A stretch of 49,534 nucleotides of DNA from Candidatus Omnitrophota bacterium (GTDB lineage Bacteria > Ratteibacteria > UBA8468 > MWAK01), in the NCBI GenBank assembly GCA_043797665.1, contig JAZDPL010000079.1, forward strand, positions 1-49,534, read 5' to 3'. The notes below the pieces were generated by a model. That model saw only the letters and a list, made by a program, of their open reading frames with translations. It was not told where the DNA came from and searched no databases. Positions within the stretch are counted from its first letter, which is position 1. Each line of letters starts with the position of its first letter. The position numbers and the translations under genes were made by a program. Below, in pieces: positions 1 through 9,100 of this stretch.

Positions 1-161
1 ACACCGTATTTAAACTCTTAGAAATAAAACTGCCCGAAACCTTTGACCGCGCTTCCTTAGCCCTCAAGGCTAAACAGCAACTCTTCCGGACTAAATTCAA
101 TGCCGCTTATCAGGATTTCCTTGCCCGTCTAAAAGACAAAATCGAAATCAAGTACTACTAA
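1..161 (+). CDS. 3' end of a probable SurA/PpiC-type peptidyl-prolyl isomerase (partial, runs off the window)
   Basis: Open frame from base 3 reads TVFKLLEIK...FNAAYQDFLARLKDKIEIKYY*. This resembles SurA/PrsA C-termini, and it lies directly upstream of pdxA (common surA-pdxA synteny). Confidence 0.5.
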   Translation, partial: TVFKLLEIKLPETFDRASLALKAKQQLFRTKFNAAYQDFLARLKDKIEIKYY

Positions 162-181
162 TGCAAACGACTGTATTGTTT

Positions 182-258
182 TGTCATTCCCGTATGTTTT
201 TAACGGGAATCCAGAAAACCGGACAATGGATTCCTGCTAACAACCTGCAGAAATGACA
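182..258. repeat. GTCATTCC-type REP-like double hairpin
   Basis: TGTCATTCCCGT..ACGGGAATCCA...TGGATTCCTGC..GCAGAAATGACA; related copies at 11016, 14839, 21161 and 46229. Confidence 0.8.
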
Positions 259-265
259 GTTACTT

Positions 266-1189
266 ATGCTTGGTATAACCATCGGTGACCCGGGAGGAAT
301 CGGCCCGGAAATTACTCTCAAGGCTCTCACCCGGCTCAAGATTCCAGCCAATCTGGACGTGGTTATTTTCGGGGACAAGCCGGTCCTGAAAAGAACCCGG
401 CTGCCCATTCCGAAAAGGATTACCGTAATCTCCACCGGAGCAATTAAAAACGGCTCTTTCCCCAAAGGCAAACCCGATCCGGTTACCGGAGGAGCGGCTT
501 ATTCCTACCTTCAGGACGCCATCACCTCTTTGAAAAGAGGCGAGATTAAAGCCCTGGTCACCGCGCCGGTGGCGAAAGAAGCAATCAACCTTGCCGGTAT
601 CAAGTTCTCCGGTCATACCGAACTTCTGGCGGAAAGTTTTGACGTTCAAAACTACGGAATGCTCTTTATCGCCAGGGATTTACGCCTGCTTCTGCTAACC
701 ACTCACTTACCTTTGTTTGAGGTCTTCACGAAATTAGATAAAAACGTAATTATTCGAAAGGTGGAATTAGGCTGGAGTTTTTTAAAAAACAGATTGGCCA
801 TAAAAAAGCCAAAAGTGCTCATCTGCGGGCTCAACCCTCACGCGGGAGAAGGGGGTTACCTGGGAAAGGAAGAAGAAACCATTTTTCAGCCGGCGCTAAA
901 ATATCTGGAAAGAAAAGGCATTAACGTCACCGGACCAATAGCCGCAGACACCGCATTCAGGATTTACCGGCAGGGCGGCTTTCACCTTATCGTCTCGCCG
1001 TACCATGACCAGTTACTGCCCCTGTTTAAAGGGTTATATTTTAATCAGGGAGTGAACCTAACGATTGGATTGCCTTTTATTCGTACCAGCCCGGACCACG
1101 GCACCGCCTTTGATTTAGCCTACCGGAATAAGGCGGATAGTTCCAGTATGTTGGCCGCGGTCAAACTGGCATTGCGCTTATCTAAGTAG
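266..1189 (+). CDS. pdxA: 4-hydroxythreonine-4-phosphate dehydrogenase
   Basis: GITIGDPGGIGPE, GHTE, GLNPHAGE, YHDQ and RTSPDHGTAFD motifs. Confidence 0.93.
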   Translation: MLGITIGDPGGIGPEITLKALTRLKIPANLDVVIFGDKPVLKRTRLPIPKRITVISTGAIKNGSFPKGKPDPVTGGAAYSYLQDAITSLKRGEIKALVTAPVAKEAINLAGIKFSGHTELLAESFDVQNYGMLFIARDLRLLLLTTHLPLFEVFTKLDKNVIIRKVELGWSFLKNRLAIKKPKVLICGLNPHAGEGGYLGKEEETIFQPALKYLERKGINVTGPIAADTAFRIYRQGGFHLIVSPYHDQLLPLFKGLYFNQGVNLTIGLPFIRTSPDHGTAFDLAYRNKADSSSMLAAVKLALRLSK

Positions 1190-1265
1190 GGACTCGATTT
1201 ACGTGTCCGCCGAAGCCTTGGCGTAGGCGGATCGAGCCCGCGAGCGCCATGAATGGCGCCCCTAC
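1186..1265. repeat. GTAG-type REP doublet with a nested mini-hairpin, between convergent pdxA and polX
   Basis: GTAGGGACTCGAT-TTA-[insert 1202-1230]-ATCGAGCCC...GGCGCCCCTAC; overlaps both stop codons. Confidence 0.75.
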
Positions 1266-2962
1266 ATTTCAGGTTGTTTAAGGTAATTCCGCAGTTCTTT
1301 TAAATTCAACGTATTCAGTACGTCTTTCTTTTCCAGCCACCCCCGGCGGGCAGTACCCACTCCTAACCGGATATACGAAAACATCCCCAGGTTGTGGCTG
1401 TCGGTATTAATGACTATTTTAACTCCCTTTTCTTTCGCTTCCCGGCATCTGCCGTCGTTTAAATCCAGGCGGTCATAGTAGGCATTCAGTTCCAGGGCGG
1501 TTTTAGTCCTTGCCGCTTCCTCCATCACCTTTTGCAGATTGACCTCATAGCCTTCCCGGCGGGAAATAAGTCTGCCGGTAGGGTGGGCAATCGCATTAAC
1601 GAAAGGGTTCTGCATCGCCTTTATCATCCGTTCCGTAACATCCTTCCGAAAACCCTGGTGAACCGCGGCTAAGACAAAATCCTGTTTTGCCAGCACCTCT
1701 TCCGGATAGTCTAAGGAACCGTCTTGAAGAATCTCCACCTCTATGCCCTTCAGGAGGCGAAACCGGTCAAATTTCTGGTTAACCCGGTCGATTTCACTAT
1801 TGCGCCTGTCTAACTCCTCATTGGAAAGCCCGCCCGCGTAGGAGGCGGTCCTGGTATGGTCACAGACCGCCAAATACTGATAACCCATATTCTGCGCCTG
1901 CTCAGCCAAAGCCTGGAGTGAATTTACGCCGTCAGAGTATTCCGAATGGATATGAAGGTCGCCTTTAATATCGTTGAGGGTGACCAGGTCCGGCAGACGT
2001 CCTTTTACGGCTGCCTCAATTTCACCCTGGTCTTCACGCAATTCGGGAGGGATGTAAACCAAACCCAGATTACGATAAATATCCTCTTCCTCTTTTGCCG
2101 CCAGTACCTTTTCCCCTTCAAAAAGTCCGTACTCGTTGATTTTCCAGCCCCGCTCTTTCGCCATTGACCGCAATTTAATGTTATGGTCTTTTGAGCCGGT
2201 AAAATAGAGCAGGGCGGCGCCATAACATTCCTCAGACACCAGGCGCAGGTCTACCTGCAAATTATTCGTTTCCACCAGAACCGATGCCTTTGTTTCACCC
2301 GCGGCTAAAACCTGTTTTACGATGGGCAGGGAAATAAAGTCCCGGATAACCGCCGGCTTGCCGGCAGACAGAATGTCAATGTCTCCGATGGTCTCCTTCA
2401 TCCGGCGTAAAGAACCGGCCGCAGAGATGCGTTTCACTTTTTTTTGCAAAAGGGAAATGATTTCTTCCGCGGCCGGGAACGCGACTCCCAGAGAGAACCG
2501 CCGGCTGACCTGGAGATAACGTTCAATTCCCTTCTCTATGTTCTCGACCTTTTTATCACCCATCCCGAATAATTTGGCTAAGGAACCGTCAGTAATCACT
2601 CTCTTCAGGTCTTCCAGACTCCGGACGCCTAATTTATCATAAACAAGGCGAACGGTCTTTGGTCCCAAGCCGGGAATTTCAAGAAGATGAAAGATACCTT
2701 CCGGAACATCCCGGGTAATCTCCTGGTACTTTTTCATCCTGCCGGTCTCCAAATACTCGGCAATCTTCTCGGCAATACCCTCCCCTACTCCGGGTATTTC
2801 TTTGAGTTGATTCTCCTGCCAGGTCTGCCGGATATCTTTCGGATAGTCGTTCAAAATGCGGGCAATTTTACGGTAGGCGCTGATTTTAAAAAAATTCTCT
2901 CCCTGGAACTCTAAACTGTCGGCAATACGGTTAAAGATTTGCGCTAACTCCTGATTCTTCAT
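1262..2962 (-). CDS. polX: DNA polymerase/3'-5' exonuclease PolX (PolX + PHP domain)
   Basis: AGSLRRMKETIGDIDIL, YFTGSKDHN, GDLHIHSEYSDG, AHPTGRLI and NTDSH motifs. Confidence 0.95.
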   Translation of the reverse strand: MKNQELAQIFNRIADSLEFQGENFFKISAYRKIARILNDYPKDIRQTWQENQLKEIPGVGEGIAEKIAEYLETGRMKKYQEITRDVPEGIFHLLEIPGLGPKTVRLVYDKLGVRSLEDLKRVITDGSLAKLFGMGDKKVENIEKGIERYLQVSRRFSLGVAFPAAEEIISLLQKKVKRISAAGSLRRMKETIGDIDILSAGKPAVIRDFISLPIVKQVLAAGETKASVLVETNNLQVDLRLVSEECYGAALLYFTGSKDHNIKLRSMAKERGWKINEYGLFEGEKVLAAKEEEDIYRNLGLVYIPPELREDQGEIEAAVKGRLPDLVTLNDIKGDLHIHSEYSDGVNSLQALAEQAQNMGYQYLAVCDHTRTASYAGGLSNEELDRRNSEIDRVNQKFDRFRLLKGIEVEILQDGSLDYPEEVLAKQDFVLAAVHQGFRKDVTERMIKAMQNPFVNAIAHPTGRLISRREGYEVNLQKVMEEAARTKTALELNAYYDRLDLNDGRCREAKEKGVKIVINTDSHNLGMFSYIRLGVGTARRGWLEKKDVLNTLNLKELRNYLKQPEM

Positions 2963-2971
2963 TCTTTATTG

Positions 2972-3042
2972 AGCGGGGTAAGGGAATCGAACCCTCATCA
3001 ACAGCTTGGAAGGCTGTGGTTTTACCACTAAACTAACCCCGC
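2972..3042 (-). tRNA. tRNA-Gly (TCC); CCA not encoded
   Basis: Reverse complement: acceptor stem GCGGGGT/ACCCCGC, D-loop AGTGGTA, anticodon arm ACAGC-CTTCCAA-GCTGT, T-loop GGTTCGATTCC. Confidence 0.95.
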
Positions 3043-3062
3043 ATTACTCCTCTTGACGATAA

Positions 3063-3092
3063 ATATTAACCTTTTCCCAAAATGAAAGTCAA
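3063..3092 (-). promoter_or_regulatory. sigma70-type promoter for tRNA-Gly/polX
   Basis: TTGACT-N18-TAATAT on the minus strand, just upstream of the tRNA. Confidence 0.55.
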
Positions 3093-3108
3093 GGAATCGT
3101 GCATCAAA

Positions 3109-3137
3109 TTGACTTTTGCCGGAGAAAAAAATATAAT
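3109..3137 (+). promoter_or_regulatory. sigma70-type promoter of the MNT-HEPN operon (probably leaderless)
   Basis: TTGACT-N17-TATAAT, followed 6 nt later by the ATG at 3144. Confidence 0.75.
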
Positions 3138-3143
3138 GAAGGT

Positions 3144-3539
3144 ATGGAAAGTAAGACGGTAGAAGTAATTAAAGAGTACATTGCTGAAAGGCCAGAAATA
3201 AAAATAGGCTATCTATTTGGTTCTCAAGCCACTGGTACATTGAATAAACTAAGTGATATAGATATCGCTATCTTTATAGACAAAACGATGGTAGATAATA
3301 GTCAATATCCTTATGGGTATAAAGCAAAGGTCATTACCGATTTGATGAAGATTCTAAAGTCCAACAAAGTAGACCTGGTAATTCTCAACGATGCTCCGTA
3401 CCTCTTGAGGCACAGGGTAATCAGATATGGAAGGCTTGTCTACTCTTTTCAGGAATCCGAAAGAGTGAAATTCCAGGTAGATACCATCAGTCGCTACCTT
3501 GATTTTAAAAGTTTATTGAATATTCATTATGGTAGATAG
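3144..3539 (+). CDS. mntA: MntA-type minimal nucleotidyltransferase antitoxin (type VII TA)
   Basis: GYLFGSQATG...SDIDIAI (GSx10DxD) and VDLVILNDAP. Start moved from 3099 to 3144 because the promoter lies inside the longer ORF. Confidence 0.85.
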   Translation: MESKTVEVIKEYIAERPEIKIGYLFGSQATGTLNKLSDIDIAIFIDKTMVDNSQYPYGYKAKVITDLMKILKSNKVDLVILNDAPYLLRHRVIRYGRLVYSFQESERVKFQVDTISRYLDFKSLLNIHYGR

Positions 3540-3948
3540 AGAAGTAGTAGAAAAGAAACTGCAGGAACTGAAAGGCTATGTAACAGAACTGGAACAACTC
3601 AAGAAATTTTCCTTTGAGGAAATAGTTAGTTCTTTGTCACGAGCCTGGTCAATAGAACACGGACTTCAGATTACTATCCAAATAGTTATTGATATCGGAA
3701 ACCACATTCTGGCATCCGTTGGAGAAAATGAGATTGATGAATATGTAGACATCATTGACAAACTCGGGGAGAAAAATGTGATACCCCTTTCTTTTGCTAA
3801 AAAAATCCGTGATATGGCTGGTTTCAGGAATATTCTGGTCCATGAATATACCCGGGTTGATTTAAAACAAGTTTACGAAATCCTCCAGGAGAGACTCGGA
3901 GATTTTTTGGAATTCACCAGACATATTAAAAACTACCTAAAAACTTAA
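3529..3948 (+). CDS. hepT: HepT-like HEPN/DUF86 ribonuclease toxin
   Basis: MAGFRNILVHEY (RX4HXY) motif; overlaps the MNT gene. Confidence 0.85.
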   Translation: MVDREVVEKKLQELKGYVTELEQLKKFSFEEIVSSLSRAWSIEHGLQITIQIVIDIGNHILASVGENEIDEYVDIIDKLGEKNVIPLSFAKKIRDMAGFRNILVHEYTRVDLKQVYEILQERLGDFLEFTRHIKNYLKT

Positions 3949-4062
3949 ATTCCTCCGGTTTCTTTTTTGCTTTCCGGTACCTTTTGGCAACTTCCTTAGT
4001 TATTGCTTTCTTCTCTCCCATCGTTAGCGCCCTTACCCATCCGAGGGTAAGGGTACCCGCAT
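3949..4062 (-). pseudogene. N-terminal remnant of an integrase-core (IS481/ISNCY-like) transposase, interrupted by a 29-bp insert
   Basis: SD AAGGAGG then ATG. Deleting 4031-4059 restores MALTMGEKKAITKEVAKRYRKAKKK, which resembles the MxLTMxEKKAVTKE...RYRKAxKKEK start of such transposases. Possible IS-end sequence at ~4100-4201. Confidence 0.6.
4031..4059. repeat. 29-bp CCTT...GGNACCCG element, copy 1
   Basis: CCTTACCCATCCGAGGGTAAGGGTACCCG; internal hairpin CCTTACCC/GGGTAAGG. Confidence 0.7.
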
Positions 4063-4209
4063 AATAGACCGCCTCCTTTCCTTTATTCAGGAACGGTCTA
4101 TTGTCTCATATTTTCGTTTTGATTCTTATATACGGGTTTCTTACAGTTGAATCTGTAAGGGGGCAACAAATCAGTTTCGTTTAGATTTTTCGTGAGGCAA
4201 CTCGAGCAC

Positions 4210-4238
4210 TTGACAAAACGGAAATGTTAAGGTATAAT
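4210..4238 (+). promoter_or_regulatory. consensus sigma70 promoter of the GntR-pilin-GH operon
   Basis: TTGACA-N17-TATAAT, a perfect match. It is followed by a second AGGTATAAT and a GTATAATAC palindrome (possible operator). Confidence 0.8.
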
Positions 4239-4274
4239 CTATAATAGGTATAATACATTATCAATACTTGAAGG

Positions 4275-5435
4275 ATGAAGCTGGAAACCATAACGAGGAA
4301 CAACGGAGAAAAGAAGTATGAAACGGTATTTAAGGACATTTATGAAAAGATACGAAACGGTACGGTAAAAGAAGGCGATACCTTAGAACCGGAAAATATC
4401 CTGGCTAAAAAATACAATGTCAGCAGGATAACCTTCCGGAGAGCGCTTGGAGAATTAAGCAAATTAGGTTTAATCTACGCGGTACCGGGTAAAGGTACAT
4501 TCATCGGAAACAGAACAGAGGGAGAAAAAAAAGAAGAGAGACCGGTCAATATATTGGTTATAACGGAATACGCTACCGAAAACGACCCCCAGAAATCCTG
4601 GATATTCCAGATAAACAGAATAATTGACAAAACGATATCTAAAAACGGAGGCAGGGTATACGTTTTTAATTACCTCTATCAAAAAAGGAACGCGATAAAA
4701 TTCGAAGAGATTTATTCGTTGATAAAGATACACAATATCAACGGGATAATCCTGGTTTGCCTTGGCGATAATTTCTCTTATTTTGTAGGAGATACCCTCA
4801 GGAAACTATCCCTTCCGATAGTGAAAATAGGAGGGTGTGAATTCCCTGACCCGATAAATTACGTTACTGTGGATGGAAGGTATGGTGCTTTTTGCGCCAC
4901 AGAACATTTAATAAAATTGGGCCATTCAAAGATAGCGTTTATTTTCTATTCGGACGAAGTCCGCTTTTCGCACGAGCGGTTAGAAGGCTATAAAGATGCG
5001 CTACGAATGGGTAATATTGGATATAAAGAGACCAATATTATAAAAGTAGATGGAGTTAATCACGAGAACCAAGATTCCATGTTTCAAGAAGGATACCTCG
5101 CGCTGAAAAAGAAAACAACAAAGTCTAATTTTACTGCGGTTGTAGCCATCAATGATGCGGTTGCGGCAGGAATAATTAAATATGTCAAGGAAACAGGCAG
5201 GCGGGTGCCGGAGAACTTTTCCGTGGTTGGTTTTGACGATTCTCCTATGTATCGGGACCTGAATCTTACCACTATGCAATTCCCGATAGAAGAGATGGGA
5301 GAGGTAGCCGCAGACTTTCTCATTAACAAAATTTTAAATGGCCAAACAAAAAATATATCTGAAGTAATAAAGGTAAACCCGATACTGATAACCAGAAATA
5401 CTTCTGGTCATCCAAACCTCACGGGTGAATATTAA
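4275..5435 (+). CDS. GntR-HTH / LacI-type sugar-binding domain transcriptional regulator (AraR-like)
   Basis: N-terminal [22 protein letters not shown]...GKGTFI; C-terminal [17 protein letters not shown] and SVVGFDD. Confidence 0.9.
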   Translation: MKLETITRNNGEKKYETVFKDIYEKIRNGTVKEGDTLEPENILAKKYNVSRITFRRALGELSKLGLIYAVPGKGTFIGNRTEGEKKEERPVNILVITEYATENDPQKSWIFQINRIIDKTISKNGGRVYVFNYLYQKRNAIKFEEIYSLIKIHNINGIILVCLGDNFSYFVGDTLRKLSLPIVKIGGCEFPDPINYVTVDGRYGAFCATEHLIKLGHSKIAFIFYSDEVRFSHERLEGYKDALRMGNIGYKETNIIKVDGVNHENQDSMFQEGYLALKKKTTKSNFTAVVAINDAVAAGIIKYVKETGRRVPENFSVVGFDDSPMYRDLNLTTMQFPIEEMGEVAADFLINKILNGQTKNISEVIKVNPILITRNTSGHPNLTGEY

Positions 5436-5463
5436 AACACAGGTTATTATTATGGAGGATAAA

Positions 5464-6150
5464 ATGCGGCGGACAAAAAAAGTAAGCCGGAAAAATGCGT
5501 TTACGTTGATAGAATTATTGGTGGTAATCGCCATTATCGCCGTTCTGGCGGCGATGCTTCTGCCGGCGCTAAGCCAGGCAAGGGAGAAATCCCGGCAGGC
5601 GGTCTGTATAAGCAACCTGAAGCAGCTTGGTCTAGCCCTGACGATGTATGCGCAAGATAATGATGACTGGATACCGGGTAGTCGGACTTACAACCCGGCA
5701 TATCCCAGTAATTTAGTAACCTTTATCCAGTATCTATACCCCTATACCGGCAGTCAAGAAATCTTCAGCTGTCCCACGAAGCCCAGAAGCAAAACCGCCT
5801 CTTGGAATTGGAGTGCCAGTTATTGGATACCAGCTGATGTGTGGAGCGGCACACAGAGTTTTTGGTATTACAAACTCTCACAATTTGCAGATCCTTCCGG
5901 GACACTTTCTTTTGCTGATTGTGGTATAGGGCCAACTGGACTGGTAATAATAGATTACGGTTATGAAACTCCTGCCAGATGGGCCGACTTTTACAATCTT
6001 CAGCAGCCCTTGTACGACGGCCTTATATGGGGTCCTCTGTTCGTTCGTCATAACGCCGGTGCCAATTGTGCGTTTGCTGATGGCCATGTATCATGGGTTA
6101 AAAGCGGTAGTTTCACCAGCGGGATGTTTACCATGGCAGCGGGAGACTAA
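5464..6150 (+). CDS. prepilin-type N-terminal cleavage/methylation protein with H-X9-DG domain (DUF1559-like)
   Basis: [34 protein letters not shown] and [23 protein letters not shown] precedes the ATG at 5464. Confidence 0.9.
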   Translation: MRRTKKVSRKNAFTLIELLVVIAIIAVLAAMLLPALSQAREKSRQAVCISNLKQLGLALTMYAQDNDDWIPGSRTYNPAYPSNLVTFIQYLYPYTGSQEIFSCPTKPRSKTASWNWSASYWIPADVWSGTQSFWYYKLSQFADPSGTLSFADCGIGPTGLVIIDYGYETPARWADFYNLQQPLYDGLIWGPLFVRHNAGANCAFADGHVSWVKSGSFTSGMFTMAAGD

Positions 6151-6186
6151 AGCCCGAAAGAATTTAGAAACATAAAGGAGGCAGGA

Positions 6187-9100
6187 ATGAGGTTGAGCAG
6201 ATTTCTTAATGTAGGTTATGCCGTCATGTACATGGTAGTCATGTGCATGGCGGCATTAACCATTTATCCTGCGTCCACTATGGCAGAGACATCTTATGTT
6301 AGTGATTTTAATCCTGATGGGTGGTGGCTTCGTAATGGTGATTCGGAATGGTATGCCCAGGAAGATGGCTCAACGAATAGTGCAGTCTTCACCTCGACTA
6401 CGAACGTCCCTGCTGGTATGAACGGCGCTGCGGCAAAATATGGATATGGTGTGTCAGGTGGTTTCGACGCTGCCAGAGCTCACAGATTCCTTCCTGAGAG
6501 AGCTGCACAAGAAATATCTGCCGGCGGCATAGCAACCATAGAACTTTCGGTATGCCTGAGAGGATGTCCCGGTCCGAGCCCCTTCTTTGGTTTAATAACC
6601 AAGGCACATTTGGTACAGCACAATTCAGGAAATGCGAACTGGACTGAAATGGCATATACCAATAAACTTGGTGTGACAATGCAGGGGTATAAAGTTGCGG
6701 AAGGTGTCACTCGCACCCGCCTCGTTATGTCAGCGGACAGTGGCAATACGTATGAAAGCTATTTCTTCCTTAACCCGGATACCGTATACAGGTTGAAATT
6801 CTCTATCGACGCCAGTAACGACAAGATGCGCCTGGACGCCAAGACGTATAGTGATGGTTCGTGGGGAAAATACGAACAGGTATTCGACTGGAGCGACACG
6901 GGTGTTGACTTGAAAGAAGCAGGTATAAATGGTATGACAATCCAGCCTAACCACGTGACTTACAAAAGCGAAGACGGCACATTTAATGACCTCTACCCGC
7001 AATTTGATGACCTCGAATTCCACTCCGCCCCCAAATCATCTGCCGCATCCATAGGCCTGCTGACCGAGAGTAGCAATGATAGCACTGGAATTATATTCCA
7101 AAGCGATTGCGAAACCTGGCCTACCGAGCCGGCTGACGGTCATTGGCTGCCACAGGGTTGGGAAGGGGCTTTTAGCAGCAAAGAGATTTGTACCCGTGTG
7201 GGCGAAGGGAACCTGGACATTGCCCGTCATAGCGGCCGGTATGCATTATATTGTGAACTACAGAGCAACACCACGGGCATCAAATTCAGGTGGCAAGCAA
7301 AGCCGAATACAATCTACCTCTTTACCGGCTGGCTCCAGACGCGCATGTACGGTCTGCTTTTTCGGGCAAATCAGGCGGGATTTAAAGATGACAAGAAAGG
7401 GGAGATTTTTCTTGGCGACAGCACAGTATTCTGGCCGGAGGGTTGGCACAAAATCGAGTTTGAAGTCATAAGCTCGCCCTTACCGGGAACGATTACCCTT
7501 GAAACCATTTCGTGGAGTGCCCAATCAAAATTTGTTATTGATGACGTCTCTATTACAGAAGTGGCCCCGTGGACGGAAATCCGGCAGATTGAACCTCCCC
7601 AAGACGAGCCAAAACTCATTCCTCAAAAAGTCGGAATCTTCGAGGAACCGGGATTCCCTGCCAAGCCTATCCGAACGGCCACCTGGTGGAAAAATACACT
7701 GCTTGATGCCGGATTTCAAGCCAGAATCGTCAACCTGGAGGATGTCTGCGGCAAGGAATCTAAAATCAGCGATTTGGACGTGCTGATAATGCCGACGGGC
7801 GGTGCTACGCCAATTGAATCTCATCCTGTTCTGTTTGACCTGATCGCTCGTGGGGGGATGATTCTGATTGACGGATCGATAAGGGGGAAAATAGGTTTCG
7901 AGTCATCAAAAAGTGGGACCGATTTTATGGGACAGTTGATTGAGGGTGTAAATCCCTTTGAAATAGTTATCCCTGGTGGCAAAGTATTCAGAAATTACAA
8001 AGGCAAATGGGCTTCCGCAGTTTACTTACAACAGAGTACGCCAAGGGTATATGAGGAACCCGATTGGCACTTACTTACCTACTACCACGGACATGTCAGG
8101 AATTCTGTTCCGTGGGTTGCAAAGGGTTCTATGATGAAGTTGAATGGCCGAATCACCAACTTGCTCCAATCTCTGCCTGCCGAGATTGGCCCGTTGAACG
8201 AGGAGATTACGCCCATCATTCGCAGCAGCAACCTGAGAGAGGGGGGAGCAAACTGGTTAGAACCGGTACCGCTTTTTTCGTACCTGGACGATATTCTAAT
8301 ACCACTCTATCAGGGTATAGCCGGGGAACCCGCCACCTGGCAACACGGGGTTCAGAATCTTACTACCGGTGGTGAGTCTATTTTGGTCAGGTACCACACG
8401 GTAGGTCAGGATGGCGGAACATTCGTTCAATTAGGAGAGGCTGCCGAACCGATATTATCCTCTCCTAACGTCTCAGCCGTCGTACGCGACATCGTCGCCT
8501 TACAGAATCAGCGACTGCCGGGGGAGAAACCCAGAGCATGGTATACTCAGAAACAAGAATTGAAACAGGAGATGTCGAATCTGGGTGACCTTTTCTTTCG
8601 TACCAGAACGCGAATCACAGACTCTGTCCTGGAGGATTATTATAGCGGCAGATTGGATGTATTCAATGACCGGTTGGATTCATATAGGCAACTGGACCAG
8701 AAATATCGGCTCCTACTGCGGGCTGTCAGCCTGGCGGATGGTTTAGATTCGCAAAATGATATCGGCACCTCATATTCGCTGCGTGCGGAGATCAGGCAGA
8801 AAATATCCGAGTTGAATGCCCATCTTCTTGAGGCGGAAAACCATCTGGCGGTTCCGGCACAACTGTTTATTAGTTACGGCGACCGAAGTGATGCTTGGGA
8901 AAACGGCATCCTGTTTGGTTTTAACAATGCCAGCTTCGGTGCAAAAAGTCAGTTAGATTTCTTCCGGTCCGCCGCGAAACTGGGGGTGGATTGGTGCGCA
9001 CGATTCGGAGAAGCACTGTTGTACTCAGAGATTTCGCCCGAGATTCGCAAGACAGGTGTGCGTGTAGGAACGAATCTCTGTGGATGGGGCTACGACAACC

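Noticed and set aside
2972..3042. tRNA-Gly as the attB of an integrative element
   Set aside because: The accessory DNA lies on the tRNA 5' side; no integrase and no duplicated tRNA 3' end were seen.
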